A stretch of DNA of 64,000 bases from Patescibacteria group bacterium (GTDB lineage Bacteria > Patescibacteriota > Minisyncoccia > Phycocordibacterales > Phycocordibacteraceae), in NCBI GenBank assembly GCA_018971045.1, contig JAGWVF010000001.1:75480-139479 (forward strand), read 5' to 3'. The translations under genes and the position numbers were made by a program. The notes under the pieces are model-generated. The model was not told the origin of the DNA. It worked only from the letters and a program-made list of their open reading frames with translations, and did not search any database. Every line of letters starts with the position of its first letter. Positions within the stretch are counted from its first letter, which is position 1. Positions 19,245-29,168 of this stretch are shown one piece after another.

Positions 19245-21068
19245 ATGTCTCTCCTCGACTTTCTCAACAAGAAGAAGGAAATGGAATTGCCGGAAATCGT
19301 ACCGGTGCTCCCGCACGATATCTACAAGCAAGGCGCGCTTGACCTCGTCGACACGATCGCTCCTACGGCGCTCAAGATCGGCTCGCGCGAACTCGAGCTC
19401 GGAGAGAAGTTTGTCCGCGCATTCTATACCATTTCGTATCCGCGATTTCTCGCCGACAGCTGGTTCGCGCCCGTGATCAACCTCGACAAAGTGCTCGATG
19501 TATCGATCTTTATCCACCCTATTGAAACCGAACAGGCGCTCCGCGCCTTTCAGAAGAAGGTCGCTGAATACCAGAGCCAGATCAGCGAACGGGAAACGAA
19601 AGGGCTCGTGCGTGATCCGCTACTCGATACGGGCTATCAGGATCTGGAGCGGCTCCGCGACAGCCTTCAACAAGCGCAGGAAAAGCTTTTCGACGTCGGC
19701 CTCTATCTTGCGCTCTATGGCGATACCAAAGAGGAGATTGATAAAACAGAAGGGGATATCCGCGGCATCCTCGACGCGAAGCTCGTTTATACCAAGCCGG
19801 CGCTCTTCCAGCAGGAGCAGGGATTCAAATCGTGCCTGCCGCTCGGTACCGATGAGTTGCTCGTCAATTCAAAACTCAATTCCTCGCCGCTTTCTTCCAT
19901 TTTCCCGTTCGTCTCCTTCGATCTCACGAGCGATCGCGGCATTCTCTACGGCATCAACCGCCATAACTCCTCGCTGATCCTCTTTGATCGCTTCTCGCTT
20001 GAGAACTATAACTCCGTCATCTTCGCGAAGTCCGGCTCGGGCAAGAGCTACTCAACGAAGCTCGAGATCTTGCGTTCCCTGATGTTCGGCACGGACGTGA
20101 TCGTGATCGACCCGGAACGCGAATATGAACAGCTTGCCGAAGCGACCGGCGGCCGCTCTTTCCATATTTCACTCTCATCAGAAAACCACATCAATCCGTT
20201 CGATCTCCCGCCCGTCAAAGAAGACGAGGATCCCCGGGATATCTTGCGCTCCAATATCATCGCGCTTGTCGGCCTCTTCCGCATCATGCTTTCCGGCCTC
20301 TCGCCCGAGGAAGACGCGATTATTGACCGCGCGATCAGCGAGACCTACGCGCTCAAGGATATCACCGGCGATGCCGACTTCACCGGCGCTGAACCGCCTC
20401 TTCTTTCCGACTTCGAACAGGTGCTCTCTGGCATGGAGGGAAGCGAGTCGCTTATCGAGCGATTGTCGAAGTATACTCGCGGAACCTGGGCCGGCTTTCT
20501 CAACCAGCCGACCAATATCGATCTTAAACAGCAGTTTGCCGTTTTCTCGGTGCGTGATATGGAGGACGAGCTCAAGCCGGTGGCGATGTACATCATCACG
20601 CACTATATTTGGAACGCAATTCGCCACGATCTCAAGAAGCGCCTGCTTATTATTGACGAGGCGTGGTGGATGATGCGCAGCGAGGACACGGCCTCATTCC
20701 TCTACTCTTTGGCGAAGCGCGGCCGCAAATACTATCTCGGCGTATGCACGATCACCCAGGACGTCGAGGACTTCCTCAAGAGCCCGTATGGCCGCCCCAT
20801 TCTGACGAACTCCTCGCTCCAGTTGTTGTTGAAACAATCGCCGACAACGATCGACGTGCTCCAGCAAACCTTCAATCTCACCGACGAGGAGAAATACCTT
20901 CTGCTTGAGGCCGGGGTAGGGGAGGGGCTCTTCTTCGCGGGACTGAAGCATGTCGCGATCAAGATCGTCGCGAGCTACACCGAGGATCAGATCATCACCT
21001 CGGACCCGTCACAGCTCTTGGCGATCAAACAGGAAAAAGAGCGTTATAATGCCGCTGATCGGAAATAA
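19245..21068 (+). CDS. VirB4/TrbE/CagE-family type IV secretion ATPase (C-terminal ATPase portion)
   Basis: Walker A FAKSGSGKSYST, Walker B LLIIDEAWWMM, CagE_TrbE_VirB-like core; start set to the ATG at 19245 (the ORF finder used TTG at 19215). Confidence 0.8.
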   Translation: MSLLDFLNKKKEMELPEIVPVLPHDIYKQGALDLVDTIAPTALKIGSRELELGEKFVRAFYTISYPRFLADSWFAPVINLDKVLDVSIFIHPIETEQALRAFQKKVAEYQSQISERETKGLVRDPLLDTGYQDLERLRDSLQQAQEKLFDVGLYLALYGDTKEEIDKTEGDIRGILDAKLVYTKPALFQQEQGFKSCLPLGTDELLVNSKLNSSPLSSIFPFVSFDLTSDRGILYGINRHNSSLILFDRFSLENYNSVIFAKSGSGKSYSTKLEILRSLMFGTDVIVIDPEREYEQLAEATGGRSFHISLSSENHINPFDLPPVKEDEDPRDILRSNIIALVGLFRIMLSGLSPEEDAIIDRAISETYALKDITGDADFTGAEPPLLSDFEQVLSGMEGSESLIERLSKYTRGTWAGFLNQPTNIDLKQQFAVFSVRDMEDELKPVAMYIITHYIWNAIRHDLKKRLLIIDEAWWMMRSEDTASFLYSLAKRGRKYYLGVCTITQDVEDFLKSPYGRPILTNSSLQLLLKQSPTTIDVLQQTFNLTDEEKYLLLEAGVGEGLFFAGLKHVAIKIVASYTEDQIITSDPSQLLAIKQEKERYNAADRK

Positions 21069-22080
21069 TCCCGCGCCGCCGAAAGTAATGACCTGGACGA
21101 AAGCGTTGCCGGCTCTTTTGGTGGCCGGTATCTTTGACGCGCTTCGCCTCTTCTTTGAGATGTTCTGGTTCTTCGGGCCGGCGCTCGGCGCGGCGCTTTG
21201 CACCGCCGCGGTAAATGACTATGCGGGCACCACGATCGCCGCAACCGGAGGACAAGTCGTAGCCGGACTGTGCACCGCGGCCGCCGCGGCGGCCGGCGTC
21301 GCCTTCGTCGGCCCCTTCGAGATGTTCGGATACCTTATGTCGGATGCGTTCGCTCTTGCCGGATTCTTGATGCTTATTATTCTTCTGTTCGTCACCAATG
21401 CGCGCCTCTTCAAGGCGAATAAAGCCGGCTTGCTCTGGCTTGCGGGGGGGTTGGGAATCGGATCGATTCCGTTTATCGGAGCCATTCCTTCATATAGCAT
21501 CATTCTTTTCAGACTATACGCCCATCAGATCAGGACTGAGAAAGCAGAACTTAAAAAATATATCGAGGAGCGCGCGGCGGCTCAGCTAAAGGAACGCCGC
21601 GAGCAAGAGGCCGTGCTTATTGAACAACGCGCCGCGCAGCAAGAATATGAGGAGGAACAGTATCGACAGGAAGAGGAGGATCGGTATCAACAAGAAGAGG
21701 ATCAGCGGGCCGCGCGCGAGCGCGAGGCACCCGAGGGAAACATCGGCGCAGGGGAGTCTGGAGAGCCGTCAATCGATACTGAGGCGTCGGCGATTCAATT
21801 TGAAACACTTAAAGACGCGCTCTCCGAGCTTAATGCGAAGATGAATCGCACGCCGGAAGAAAACGGACGGCTTAACCGGGCGAGAGAAATCATGAAGAGC
21901 GTGTCGATTAATCCGTATGAGGTCCGCGATCCGGTCTTTCTCGCCGCCTTCGAGCGGGCGCACGCCGGACAGAAAGTGTATGACGGGAGTTATGAAAATC
22001 GTAATGGATTCAAGTTCCTCAATCTGCGGCCGGAACGGCAAGGCTCTCCGAACAATGCCCCGTACAACCCACAAGGGTAG
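21049..22080 (+). CDS. membrane protein with Gln/Glu-rich coiled-coil tail (T4SS-like locus component)
   Basis: Four Gly/Ala-rich TM helices then EQRAAQQEYEEEQYRQEEEDRYQQEE coiled coil; overlaps VirB4 stop. Confidence 0.45.
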   Translation: MPLIGNNPAPPKVMTWTKALPALLVAGIFDALRLFFEMFWFFGPALGAALCTAAVNDYAGTTIAATGGQVVAGLCTAAAAAAGVAFVGPFEMFGYLMSDAFALAGFLMLIILLFVTNARLFKANKAGLLWLAGGLGIGSIPFIGAIPSYSIILFRLYAHQIRTEKAELKKYIEERAAAQLKERREQEAVLIEQRAAQQEYEEEQYRQEEEDRYQQEEDQRAAREREAPEGNIGAGESGEPSIDTEASAIQFETLKDALSELNAKMNRTPEENGRLNRAREIMKSVSINPYEVRDPVFLAAFERAHAGQKVYDGSYENRNGFKFLNLRPERQGSPNNAPYNPQG

Positions 22081-22126
22081 CAAAAAACTGCATAGCCACC
22101 CGCCCGATACGCGATATACTAAGACC

Positions 22127-23122
22127 ATGCGCCTTTGTCTTCTCGCCCTTGGTGCCGTCGCTCTCCTCCCGCTCACGGCGTCTGCGCAGCTTATGGGAAC
22201 CGCGAATTCGGTCGGGCAGACGCCCTTCACGATTACCGTCAACCCTCAGTCTCCGGTACCCTTCGGCTCCGCTTCGCTCTCTTTTCTCTCCGACACGATG
22301 CTCCTCGCAAACGCGACGATGACCGTCTCGGTAAACGGTAAAAAGACTTATGCCGGGAGCGTCCAGACTACCGCCGTCCCGCTCGGAAAGGCGGGGGTGC
22401 CCGTAGTTGTCGCTGTAACCATCACATCAAACGGCGCCGGATATTCCCAGTCAGTAACGATTCAGCCGCAGGATGTTTCGCTTATCGCCGAACCCGTCTC
22501 CTCGGCGCCGCCTCTCTACCCCGGCAAGCCGCAGGTGCCGCTTGATGGGAGCGTGCGCGTTGTCGCGATCGCGAATCTGAAAAACGCCGCGGGCAAGACC
22601 ATTGACCCCGCGAACCTCTCATATACTTGGACTGTCGACGGTACCATGATCGCGAACTCCTCCGGCATCGGAAAACAGGTCCTTCTTGTCGCCTCTCCGC
22701 TCCAATACCGCAACCGCGATGTCTCGGTAGCGGTTATGAGTCAGGACGGAACGCTCAGCGGCGGGGCCGCCATCACCCTTATCGCTGAAAAGCCCACTAT
22801 ACAGATCTATGAAAACGACCCCCTCCTCGGTATTCGCTTCGACCATGCCCTTGGAACGTCCTACACGATAGCCGGCGCGGAATCCACGCTCTATGCCGCT
22901 CCCTTCTCGTTCTCGATATCGAGCAGTCCGCCGTCGCTCCAGTGGTTCTTGAATGATGCGGCAGCGCAGACCGGCAATTCAATCACTCTGCGCCCGGCAG
23001 GATCGGGGTCGGGAAACGCATCTCTCTCCTTAACCGCTTCGGCAGGAGATTATAATACGGCGAGTGCGAGCATCTCGCTCCTGTTCGGCTCTTCCGGCAG
23101 AACTAATCTCTTTGGCTTATGA
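22127..23122 (+). CDS. secreted protein (signal peptide) of T4SS-like locus
   Basis: MRLCLLALGAVALLPLTASAQ signal peptide; Ser/Thr-rich beta-type protein. Confidence 0.45.
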   Translation: MRLCLLALGAVALLPLTASAQLMGTANSVGQTPFTITVNPQSPVPFGSASLSFLSDTMLLANATMTVSVNGKKTYAGSVQTTAVPLGKAGVPVVVAVTITSNGAGYSQSVTIQPQDVSLIAEPVSSAPPLYPGKPQVPLDGSVRVVAIANLKNAAGKTIDPANLSYTWTVDGTMIANSSGIGKQVLLVASPLQYRNRDVSVAVMSQDGTLSGGAAITLIAEKPTIQIYENDPLLGIRFDHALGTSYTIAGAESTLYAAPFSFSISSSPPSLQWFLNDAAAQTGNSITLRPAGSGSGNASLSLTASAGDYNTASASISLLFGSSGRTNLFGL

Positions 23123-24096
23123 AAAAACTGACTCTTGGTGTCGCGTTTCTCATATTCGCAATGCTCTGCGCGGCTCCCGTCGTCTTTGCCGAAAGTTCTC
23201 CCTCTCCAGCCGCGCCCGGCGCTCCGAGCGGCTTCGTCGCGCTCGCGCCGATACTCGGGTTGACCGACGCCAATTCGACCAGCGTCATCAACTCGGGATC
23301 GTTCGCAAATTTTTTCAATAATCTCTATAAATATCTCATCGGCCTCGCGGCGATACTCGCCATCATCGAGATCATCTGGGGCGGACTCGAGATCTCGACC
23401 CAGGATTCGGTAAGCAAGCAGAGCAATGGTAAAGAACGCATCACGCAGGCGATTATCGGTCTTATCCTCGTCCTCTCCCCCGTCCTCGTCTTCTCTATCA
23501 TCAACCCCAGTATTTTGAATCTATCGCTTGGCATTGATAAGCTCGATACAGTCACTCCCGCGAGTAATAATAGCGACGGGTCAACTGGAAATCAGCCATC
23601 AGTCATTGATCCTGCCAGTGGGTGCAACGTTGTTGGCTCGAATGGGCTCTTTAAAACAGCGTCCTGCCCAAACCAGGCTGCGGCGAATAGCTTTAATTGT
23701 AATGATCCAGCTCTGTCTCAAGTCGTTCCTGCCTGTAAATCAATTGATCCAATCACACACGCGTGCCTTGATCAAACAATTACTATTTATTGTGCCGGGG
23801 GGAAGAGTCCAACACTAACTTATTATATCTACCTTGGTAAACTCTCATTATCGACTCCATCGGTGGCAAAGCAAACGATTATTTCTAGCCAGAAGGCGAC
23901 ATTTGATTCGTTTATAGCCAGTTGCAAAGCTGCTGGTGGGGTTCCGAGTGATCCTCCTTCGACAGTATTTACTGGCATGTCCACAATCCCATGTACAGCC
24001 GATATGAATATTCCTCCCATCAATGTGTCCATATATGGAACGAATGGTGAGGCGCGGTGTCTCACAAGTAAGTTGACTTGTAACGCGCCTTCATAA
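23119..24096 (+). CDS. VirB2/TrbC-like pilin domain fused to a Cys-rich C-terminal domain
   Basis: Signal peptide; two hydrophobic helices (LIGLAAILAIIEIIWGGLEI, AIIGLILVLSPVLVFSII) resembling T4SS pilins; ~10 Cys in the C-terminal 170 aa. Confidence 0.4.
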   Translation: MKKLTLGVAFLIFAMLCAAPVVFAESSPSPAAPGAPSGFVALAPILGLTDANSTSVINSGSFANFFNNLYKYLIGLAAILAIIEIIWGGLEISTQDSVSKQSNGKERITQAIIGLILVLSPVLVFSIINPSILNLSLGIDKLDTVTPASNNSDGSTGNQPSVIDPASGCNVVGSNGLFKTASCPNQAAANSFNCNDPALSQVVPACKSIDPITHACLDQTITIYCAGGKSPTLTYYIYLGKLSLSTPSVAKQTIISSQKATFDSFIASCKAAGGVPSDPPSTVFTGMSTIPCTADMNIPPINVSIYGTNGEARCLTSKLTCNAPS

Positions 24097-24097
24097 T

Positions 24098-25282
24098 ATG
24101 CGGCGCACCCTTACCATCCTTGCAGTACTGATAGTGATCCTCGGGATTGTTCTTGCCGTGTACTTCTTCTACTTCCGCACCACCGCCACGGTTACCGTCT
24201 CGCCGACCGGCGGCACGCTCCCTTCTGCCGGCCAGACGACTTCCTCCAGCACCGCTGTCATACCTGCTGTTACAAATAGCCCGGTCGCGGTCTCGCCGCG
24301 ACTCGTGAAGATCGCGTCCGGTCCGATCGTACCCGGCATGGTCATTGTCGACACTCCGGCGGCTTCGGCGAGTTCCTCTCCCGAGACGATAGTGAGCTAT
24401 ATCGAGCGCCAAAGCGGCAATATCTACACCTACAGCGTCCAGAGCCAGACGACGACCCGAACGAGTAATAAGACGGTGCCGGGCATCCAATCCGCTTCGT
24501 GGCTCCCCGACGGCTCGCTCGCCTTTGTCCGCTATCTCACCGGTACCGATTTCAGTACGGTCAACACCTACGGACTTCCTTCAAACGGATCAAACGGATT
24601 CTTCTTAAACCAGGATCTCGCCGGCCTCGCCGTCTCTTCAAGCTCGGTATTGATGCTCGCGTCGGGCGTGAATGGTTCGGTCGGCCTGCTCGCCCATACG
24701 GACGGCACGAGCTCAAAGTCAGTTTTTACGTCTCCGCTCTCTTCGCTCCGAGTCTCCTTCGCGGGGAGGGGGTATCTCGCTTTCACCAAGCCCTCGGCGC
24801 TTCTTGACGGGGACGCCTTCCTTGTCGACAGCTCCGGGCGCTTCTCCCGCATCGCCGGCCCCGCAAGCGGATTGGTCGCGCTCGCCAGTCCTTCAGGAAA
24901 ATGGGTGCTCGTGAGTTCATCCCATGACGGAACGATGCAAATGCAGCTTATTAACACTGCAACCGGTGAAGCGCTCCCGCTCCCGGTCGCGACGATTGCC
25001 GATAAATGCGTCTGGACGGCTAATGAGTCAGCAATCTATTGCGGCATACCGATGAATCCTCCGAGCGCCTCCTATCCCGATGACTGGTATCAAGGAGTCG
25101 TGTCGTTCTCTGATCGCCTATGGAAGATTGACGTGGCCGGCCGCTATGCCGCGCTCGTTCTCGACTTTTCGAAAGAAACCAAAACATCGCTTGACGCTAC
25201 CGCACTCACCCTCGATAGCGGGAATACGACGATCGCCTTTATTAATAAAAATGACGGTTCGCTCTGGAGTTTCTCTCTATAA
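24098..25282 (+). CDS. N-terminally anchored extracytoplasmic protein (beta-rich) of T4SS-like locus
   Basis: N-terminal TM (ILAVLIVILGIVLAVYFFYF), Ser/Thr-rich; function unknown. Confidence 0.4.
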   Translation: MRRTLTILAVLIVILGIVLAVYFFYFRTTATVTVSPTGGTLPSAGQTTSSSTAVIPAVTNSPVAVSPRLVKIASGPIVPGMVIVDTPAASASSSPETIVSYIERQSGNIYTYSVQSQTTTRTSNKTVPGIQSASWLPDGSLAFVRYLTGTDFSTVNTYGLPSNGSNGFFLNQDLAGLAVSSSSVLMLASGVNGSVGLLAHTDGTSSKSVFTSPLSSLRVSFAGRGYLAFTKPSALLDGDAFLVDSSGRFSRIAGPASGLVALASPSGKWVLVSSSHDGTMQMQLINTATGEALPLPVATIADKCVWTANESAIYCGIPMNPPSASYPDDWYQGVVSFSDRLWKIDVAGRYAALVLDFSKETKTSLDATALTLDSGNTTIAFINKNDGSLWSFSL

Positions 25283-26008
25283 GGCTTCGTCTGCTTTAAG
25301 AGTCCGGCGCACATGCCATTCCTGAAATGAACCGGCGATATTGGTCGTGACGAAATACAGCGCGACGGCTCCGGAAGTGGTGTAGGAAATGGTTCCGATA
25401 AGAAAGGGAAATATGTATTTTAATTGCATCCCCATCACGCGCTGAAAATCGTTCTGCATTCCTTTTCCTTCCGCAGGCTTCATCGTTCCGGAGAGGGCGA
25501 GATGCGCCTGAAAATACTGAGTAATGCCGGCGAGCACCGCAAGCACCGTGCTTTTCCCCGTCACTGAAATGAGGCCGATGAACTGGAGCGACACTGCGTG
25601 CGGCAGAGGGGTAAAGGAGTAGAGCCGCGCCGAATCAAGGGTGGAGAACGGCTCATATCGAAAGACCCAGTAAAGCGCGAGGAGGACGGGGATCTGGATA
25701 AAAACAGTGGCGATGCTCGCGAAGGGGTTTACCTTCGCCTCCCGGTAGAGCGCGAGCGTTTCGAGCGCTTCCTTCTCTTTGTCGCCTTTATGCCTCTCTT
25801 TCAATTCTTTTATTCTCGGCTCGAGTTCTTTCATCGCCCGCTGGGTGCGTGCCGCCGAAAGGGAGAACGGGAGGAGTACGAGCCGGATAATGATCGTAAC
25901 GAGGATGACCGCGATCCCGACATCCCCGCCGGGAACGATCGCGATAAGCGCCACGAGCGCGTTGTAGATCGGATTATAAAAAGCGGCGTGGAAGAAAGCT
26001 GAAATCAT
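25277..26008 (-). CDS. yidC: membrane protein insertase YidC (short form)
   Basis: 243 aa, conserved YidC/Oxa1 core TMs; classic rpmH-rnpA-yidC arrangement. Confidence 0.85.
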   Translation of the reverse strand: MISAFFHAAFYNPIYNALVALIAIVPGGDVGIAVILVTIIIRLVLLPFSLSAARTQRAMKELEPRIKELKERHKGDKEKEALETLALYREAKVNPFASIATVFIQIPVLLALYWVFRYEPFSTLDSARLYSFTPLPHAVSLQFIGLISVTGKSTVLAVLAGITQYFQAHLALSGTMKPAEGKGMQNDFQRVMGMQLKYIFPFLIGTISYTTSGAVALYFVTTNIAGSFQEWHVRRTLKADEAL

Positions 26009-26041
26009 AGGGGTATTGTACGCTAAAACGCCTCGAATTAT

Positions 26042-26358
26042 CTACTTACTCATCGCCCGTCCGAGAAGCGCGGCGAGATCGGAACGTAAATGCAGTGAAT
26101 CAAGCCTAAACGCCGACGGTTTCGGAAAAATGATGAGAGATTTCGGAAGAAGAGGAAAGGATTGGAGCGCTCCGATGACTTGGCGCTTCATTCGGTGGCG
26201 CGCTACCGAGAGGCGGGCGATTTTCTTTGGAACAACAACGGCGTATCCGCTCGTTTTTTCCGGAATGACGGCCGTAAAATACTCAGAAGAGATCCTCCGT
26301 CCGTTCCTTAAGGCGGAAGGGAAAAGGGTCCGGCTAATTCGTTTTCGGCGCGGGAACA
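26042..26358 (-). CDS. rnpA: ribonuclease P protein component
   Basis: LRNGRRISSEYFTAV...KKIARLSVARHRMKRQ RnpA signature; start trimmed to a GTG overlapping the rpmH stop, because the annotated ORF N-terminus overlaps rpmH in another frame. Confidence 0.75.
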
Positions 26359-26359
26359 C

Positions 26360-26498
26360 GCTAGGGAGTAAGGCGTTTACGCCCGACGCGCCGACGCGCC
26401 TGGACGATTTTACGGCCTGAAGGCGTGGCACTGCGTGAGAGGAACCCGTGCGTTTTAGCGCGTTTCCGCTTCTTTGGTTGATAGGTTCGTTTGGCCAT
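26360..26498 (-). CDS. rpmH: 50S ribosomal protein L34
   Basis: Minus-strand translation [45 protein letters not shown]: canonical L34 (absent from the ORF track because it is <60 aa). Confidence 0.85.
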
Positions 26499-26590
26499 GA
26501 AGCTCTGAAAATTTAGATTATACACAGGATAGTACCAGTTTTTCCGCGAAATGCCACTCGTGCCTTGTTTCTCATATCGGCGTATACTCC
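26499..26590. promoter_or_regulatory. dnaA upstream region with DnaA box
   Basis: TTATACACA (fits TTATNCACA) at ~26517-26525 between rpmH and dnaA. Confidence 0.45.
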
Positions 26591-27955
26591 ATGGTACTTA
26601 TGGATAAGAGAAATCCGAAAGAACTGTGGGAGTACGTTTTGACGCAAGTGGAGCTCTCTATTTCATCAGCTAATTTCAATACATGGTTCCGCAATAGTTT
26701 CATCGTGAGGATCGGGGACGACGGTGTCTTGTACGTCGGCGTTCCCAGCCAATTCTTCAAAGATTGGTATTTAAAAAAATTTCACACCCTTCTCTTGAAG
26801 ATCGTCCGCGATATATCGTATGAGTTTCGCAATATTGACTACCTTATTGTGAAAGACGAACGCCGAAAGGCGCAATCGAGAGAAATAAAAAATCCCCGCG
26901 GAGCGATTGAATTGCCGCTTGATGAATTCTATATCAACAAAAGCGATAATTTGAATCCACGATATACCTTCGATACGTTCGTTATCGGCGCCTTTAATAA
27001 TCTTGCCTATGCGGCGTCGCAAGCGGTGCTCGCTCGCCCCGGTATCACCTATAACCCGCTTTTCATTTACGGCGATACCGGGCGGGGGAAGACCCATTTG
27101 ATACAGGCGATTGGGAATCAATTTAAGAAACAGTATCCCGGACGGAAGGTCTTTTATCTCACTTCGGAGAAATTCACGATTGATTATACGGATTCCGTGC
27201 AGGCGGGAACCGCAAACCGCTTCAAAGATAAATACCGCCAATTCGATCTTCTCATTATGGATGACGTTCAATTCCTCTCAAAAAAACAGAAGACGGAGGA
27301 GGAGCTCTTTCATCTCTTCAATACGCTTCACGACACGAATAAACAAATTATTTTTTCATCGGATCGCGCGCCAGCCGCTATTCCCGACATCGCGGAACGG
27401 TTGAAGGGCCGTTTGGCGAGCGGTATGACGATTGATATCGGAGAACCCGATCCTGAATCGCGTATGGCGATCGTGCGGAAGAAAGCCGCCCTGCACGGCA
27501 TAATTCTCTCCGACGAAGTCATTGAATACGTTTCAACGACGATAAGCGGCTCAATCCGCGAGCTGGAAGGAATGGTGAATAACATTATCTGTCACGCCCA
27601 AGTAAAAGGGGCGGCTCCTGATATCGCCGAAGTTCGCCAATCACTGCGCTCTTTCACCCGCCCACAGAAAAGTATTTCAGTGAAGAACGTCGTTGATAAA
27701 GTCGCGTCGTTTTACGGGATTGATGAAGAGAGTATTTACGAGAAAACACGAAGAAGGGAAGTGGTGCGGCCGCGCCAGGTGATCATGTATATTCTGCGCG
27801 AAGATTTTAACATTTCCTATCCGACTATCGGAACAAAGCTCGGGGGCCGCGATCACACGACAGTTATCCACTCTTGTGAGAAGATAAAGCGTGAAGTAGT
27901 TGTGGATACCGAGCTCGCAAAGGAGATTCAGAATATTCGCACCCTTCTCGTATGA
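26591..27955 (+). CDS. dnaA: chromosomal replication initiator DnaA
   Basis: AAA+ Walker [11 protein letters not shown], Walker [12 protein letters not shown]-terminal DNA-binding domain. Confidence 0.95.
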   Translation: MVLMDKRNPKELWEYVLTQVELSISSANFNTWFRNSFIVRIGDDGVLYVGVPSQFFKDWYLKKFHTLLLKIVRDISYEFRNIDYLIVKDERRKAQSREIKNPRGAIELPLDEFYINKSDNLNPRYTFDTFVIGAFNNLAYAASQAVLARPGITYNPLFIYGDTGRGKTHLIQAIGNQFKKQYPGRKVFYLTSEKFTIDYTDSVQAGTANRFKDKYRQFDLLIMDDVQFLSKKQKTEEELFHLFNTLHDTNKQIIFSSDRAPAAIPDIAERLKGRLASGMTIDIGEPDPESRMAIVRKKAALHGIILSDEVIEYVSTTISGSIRELEGMVNNIICHAQVKGAAPDIAEVRQSLRSFTRPQKSISVKNVVDKVASFYGIDEESIYEKTRRREVVRPRQVIMYILREDFNISYPTIGTKLGGRDHTTVIHSCEKIKREVVVDTELAKEIQNIRTLLV

Positions 27956-28067
27956 AGTTATTCGCCGCGTTATACCCACATTACCGGAGATTACAATATG
28001 AAAATAGCTTCATTCTTCCGCTCTTTTCCGGCTTATCCCCATTATTCACACCCCTAATAAATCCCGT
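27956..28067. promoter_or_regulatory. putative oriC (dnaA-dnaN intergenic) with DnaA-box cluster
   Basis: TTATACCCA, TTATCCCCA, TTATTCACA boxes and an AT-rich stretch between dnaA and dnaN. Confidence 0.5.
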
Positions 28068-29168
28068 ATGAATATTTCCATAGAAAAAAGAAAATTTTCT
28101 GAAGCAGTGTATATCGTCGCGCGATTTGCCGAGCGGAAAAGCGCAACACTTCCCGTGCTCGGCTCAATCCTTATCCTGGTTGGCGATGAAGGAATTAAGA
28201 TGCGCGCGACGAACCTTGAAACAGGCATCGATCTCAAGATCGAAGGCGCGTGTACCGCGAAAGGAGCCGTTGCGATTCCGGCGGCGATTTTACAACAGAT
28301 CGCTTCTTCTCTCGCGGGCGAAGGAAAGATTACTCTCGATCATACCGGAGATATCGTTACGCTTACAAGCGGCACAGGAAAGAGCAGTGTCAGGACAGTT
28401 CCGTATGATGATTTTCCTTCCATTCCCTTTCCGGAAAACCCGAAGAATCGAATCATTCTCCCCGGGGCGCTATTGAAAAATCTATTCCAAACGATCGCTT
28501 CATGCGCATCAACTTCGACTATCCGGCCGGAACTCGCGAGTATCTATCTCTCAATCGAGGGAGGCGTACTTACGGCGGTCGCTACCGACTCATTCCGCCT
28601 CGCCGAAAAGAAAGTGCCGCTCTCCAATAAAGGCACTCAAGGCAAGTTTCTTATTCCCGCAAAAAATGCTCTAGATATCGCCCAGGCGCTTCCCGATGAT
28701 GAAATTATCCTGTCATTTGACGAGCACCAATGCGCCTTCGTCAGTACTATCGGCATGATAGTGTCGCGGCTCACGAATGCCGTGTATCCCGATTATCGCC
28801 AGATAATCCCGAAAGAATCCGTCGTCGAGGCGGTGGTGTTGCGTAAGGATTTTGAAATGGCGCTCAAGCGAACAACCATCTTCGCGGATTCGTTCCAAAA
28901 AGTACGTCTCAGTTTTGATCCGAAGAAAAACACTTTTTCGTTCTTCGCGCGCAATTCGGATATTGGAGAATCTTCAGAAACGCTTGCCGCCCGCATAACG
29001 GGGAGTCCGCTCGAATTATCTTTTAATCATCGGTATCTCTCTGCCGCGCTCTCGCTCACAGCCGCGGAGAGCCTCTCTCTCACAGCCGCGGGGATCGGCC
29101 GCCCGCTTCTTATGAAAGGGGTTGGCGATACGTCGCTTCTGTACCTCATCTCGCCGATGAATCAATAA
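28068..29168 (+). CDS. dnaN: DNA polymerase III beta sliding clamp
   Basis: 366 aa, three-domain clamp architecture, N-terminus MNISIEKRKFSEAV..., follows dnaA. Confidence 0.9.
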   Translation: MNISIEKRKFSEAVYIVARFAERKSATLPVLGSILILVGDEGIKMRATNLETGIDLKIEGACTAKGAVAIPAAILQQIASSLAGEGKITLDHTGDIVTLTSGTGKSSVRTVPYDDFPSIPFPENPKNRIILPGALLKNLFQTIASCASTSTIRPELASIYLSIEGGVLTAVATDSFRLAEKKVPLSNKGTQGKFLIPAKNALDIAQALPDDEIILSFDEHQCAFVSTIGMIVSRLTNAVYPDYRQIIPKESVVEAVVLRKDFEMALKRTTIFADSFQKVRLSFDPKKNTFSFFARNSDIGESSETLAARITGSPLELSFNHRYLSAALSLTAAESLSLTAAGIGRPLLMKGVGDTSLLYLISPMNQ

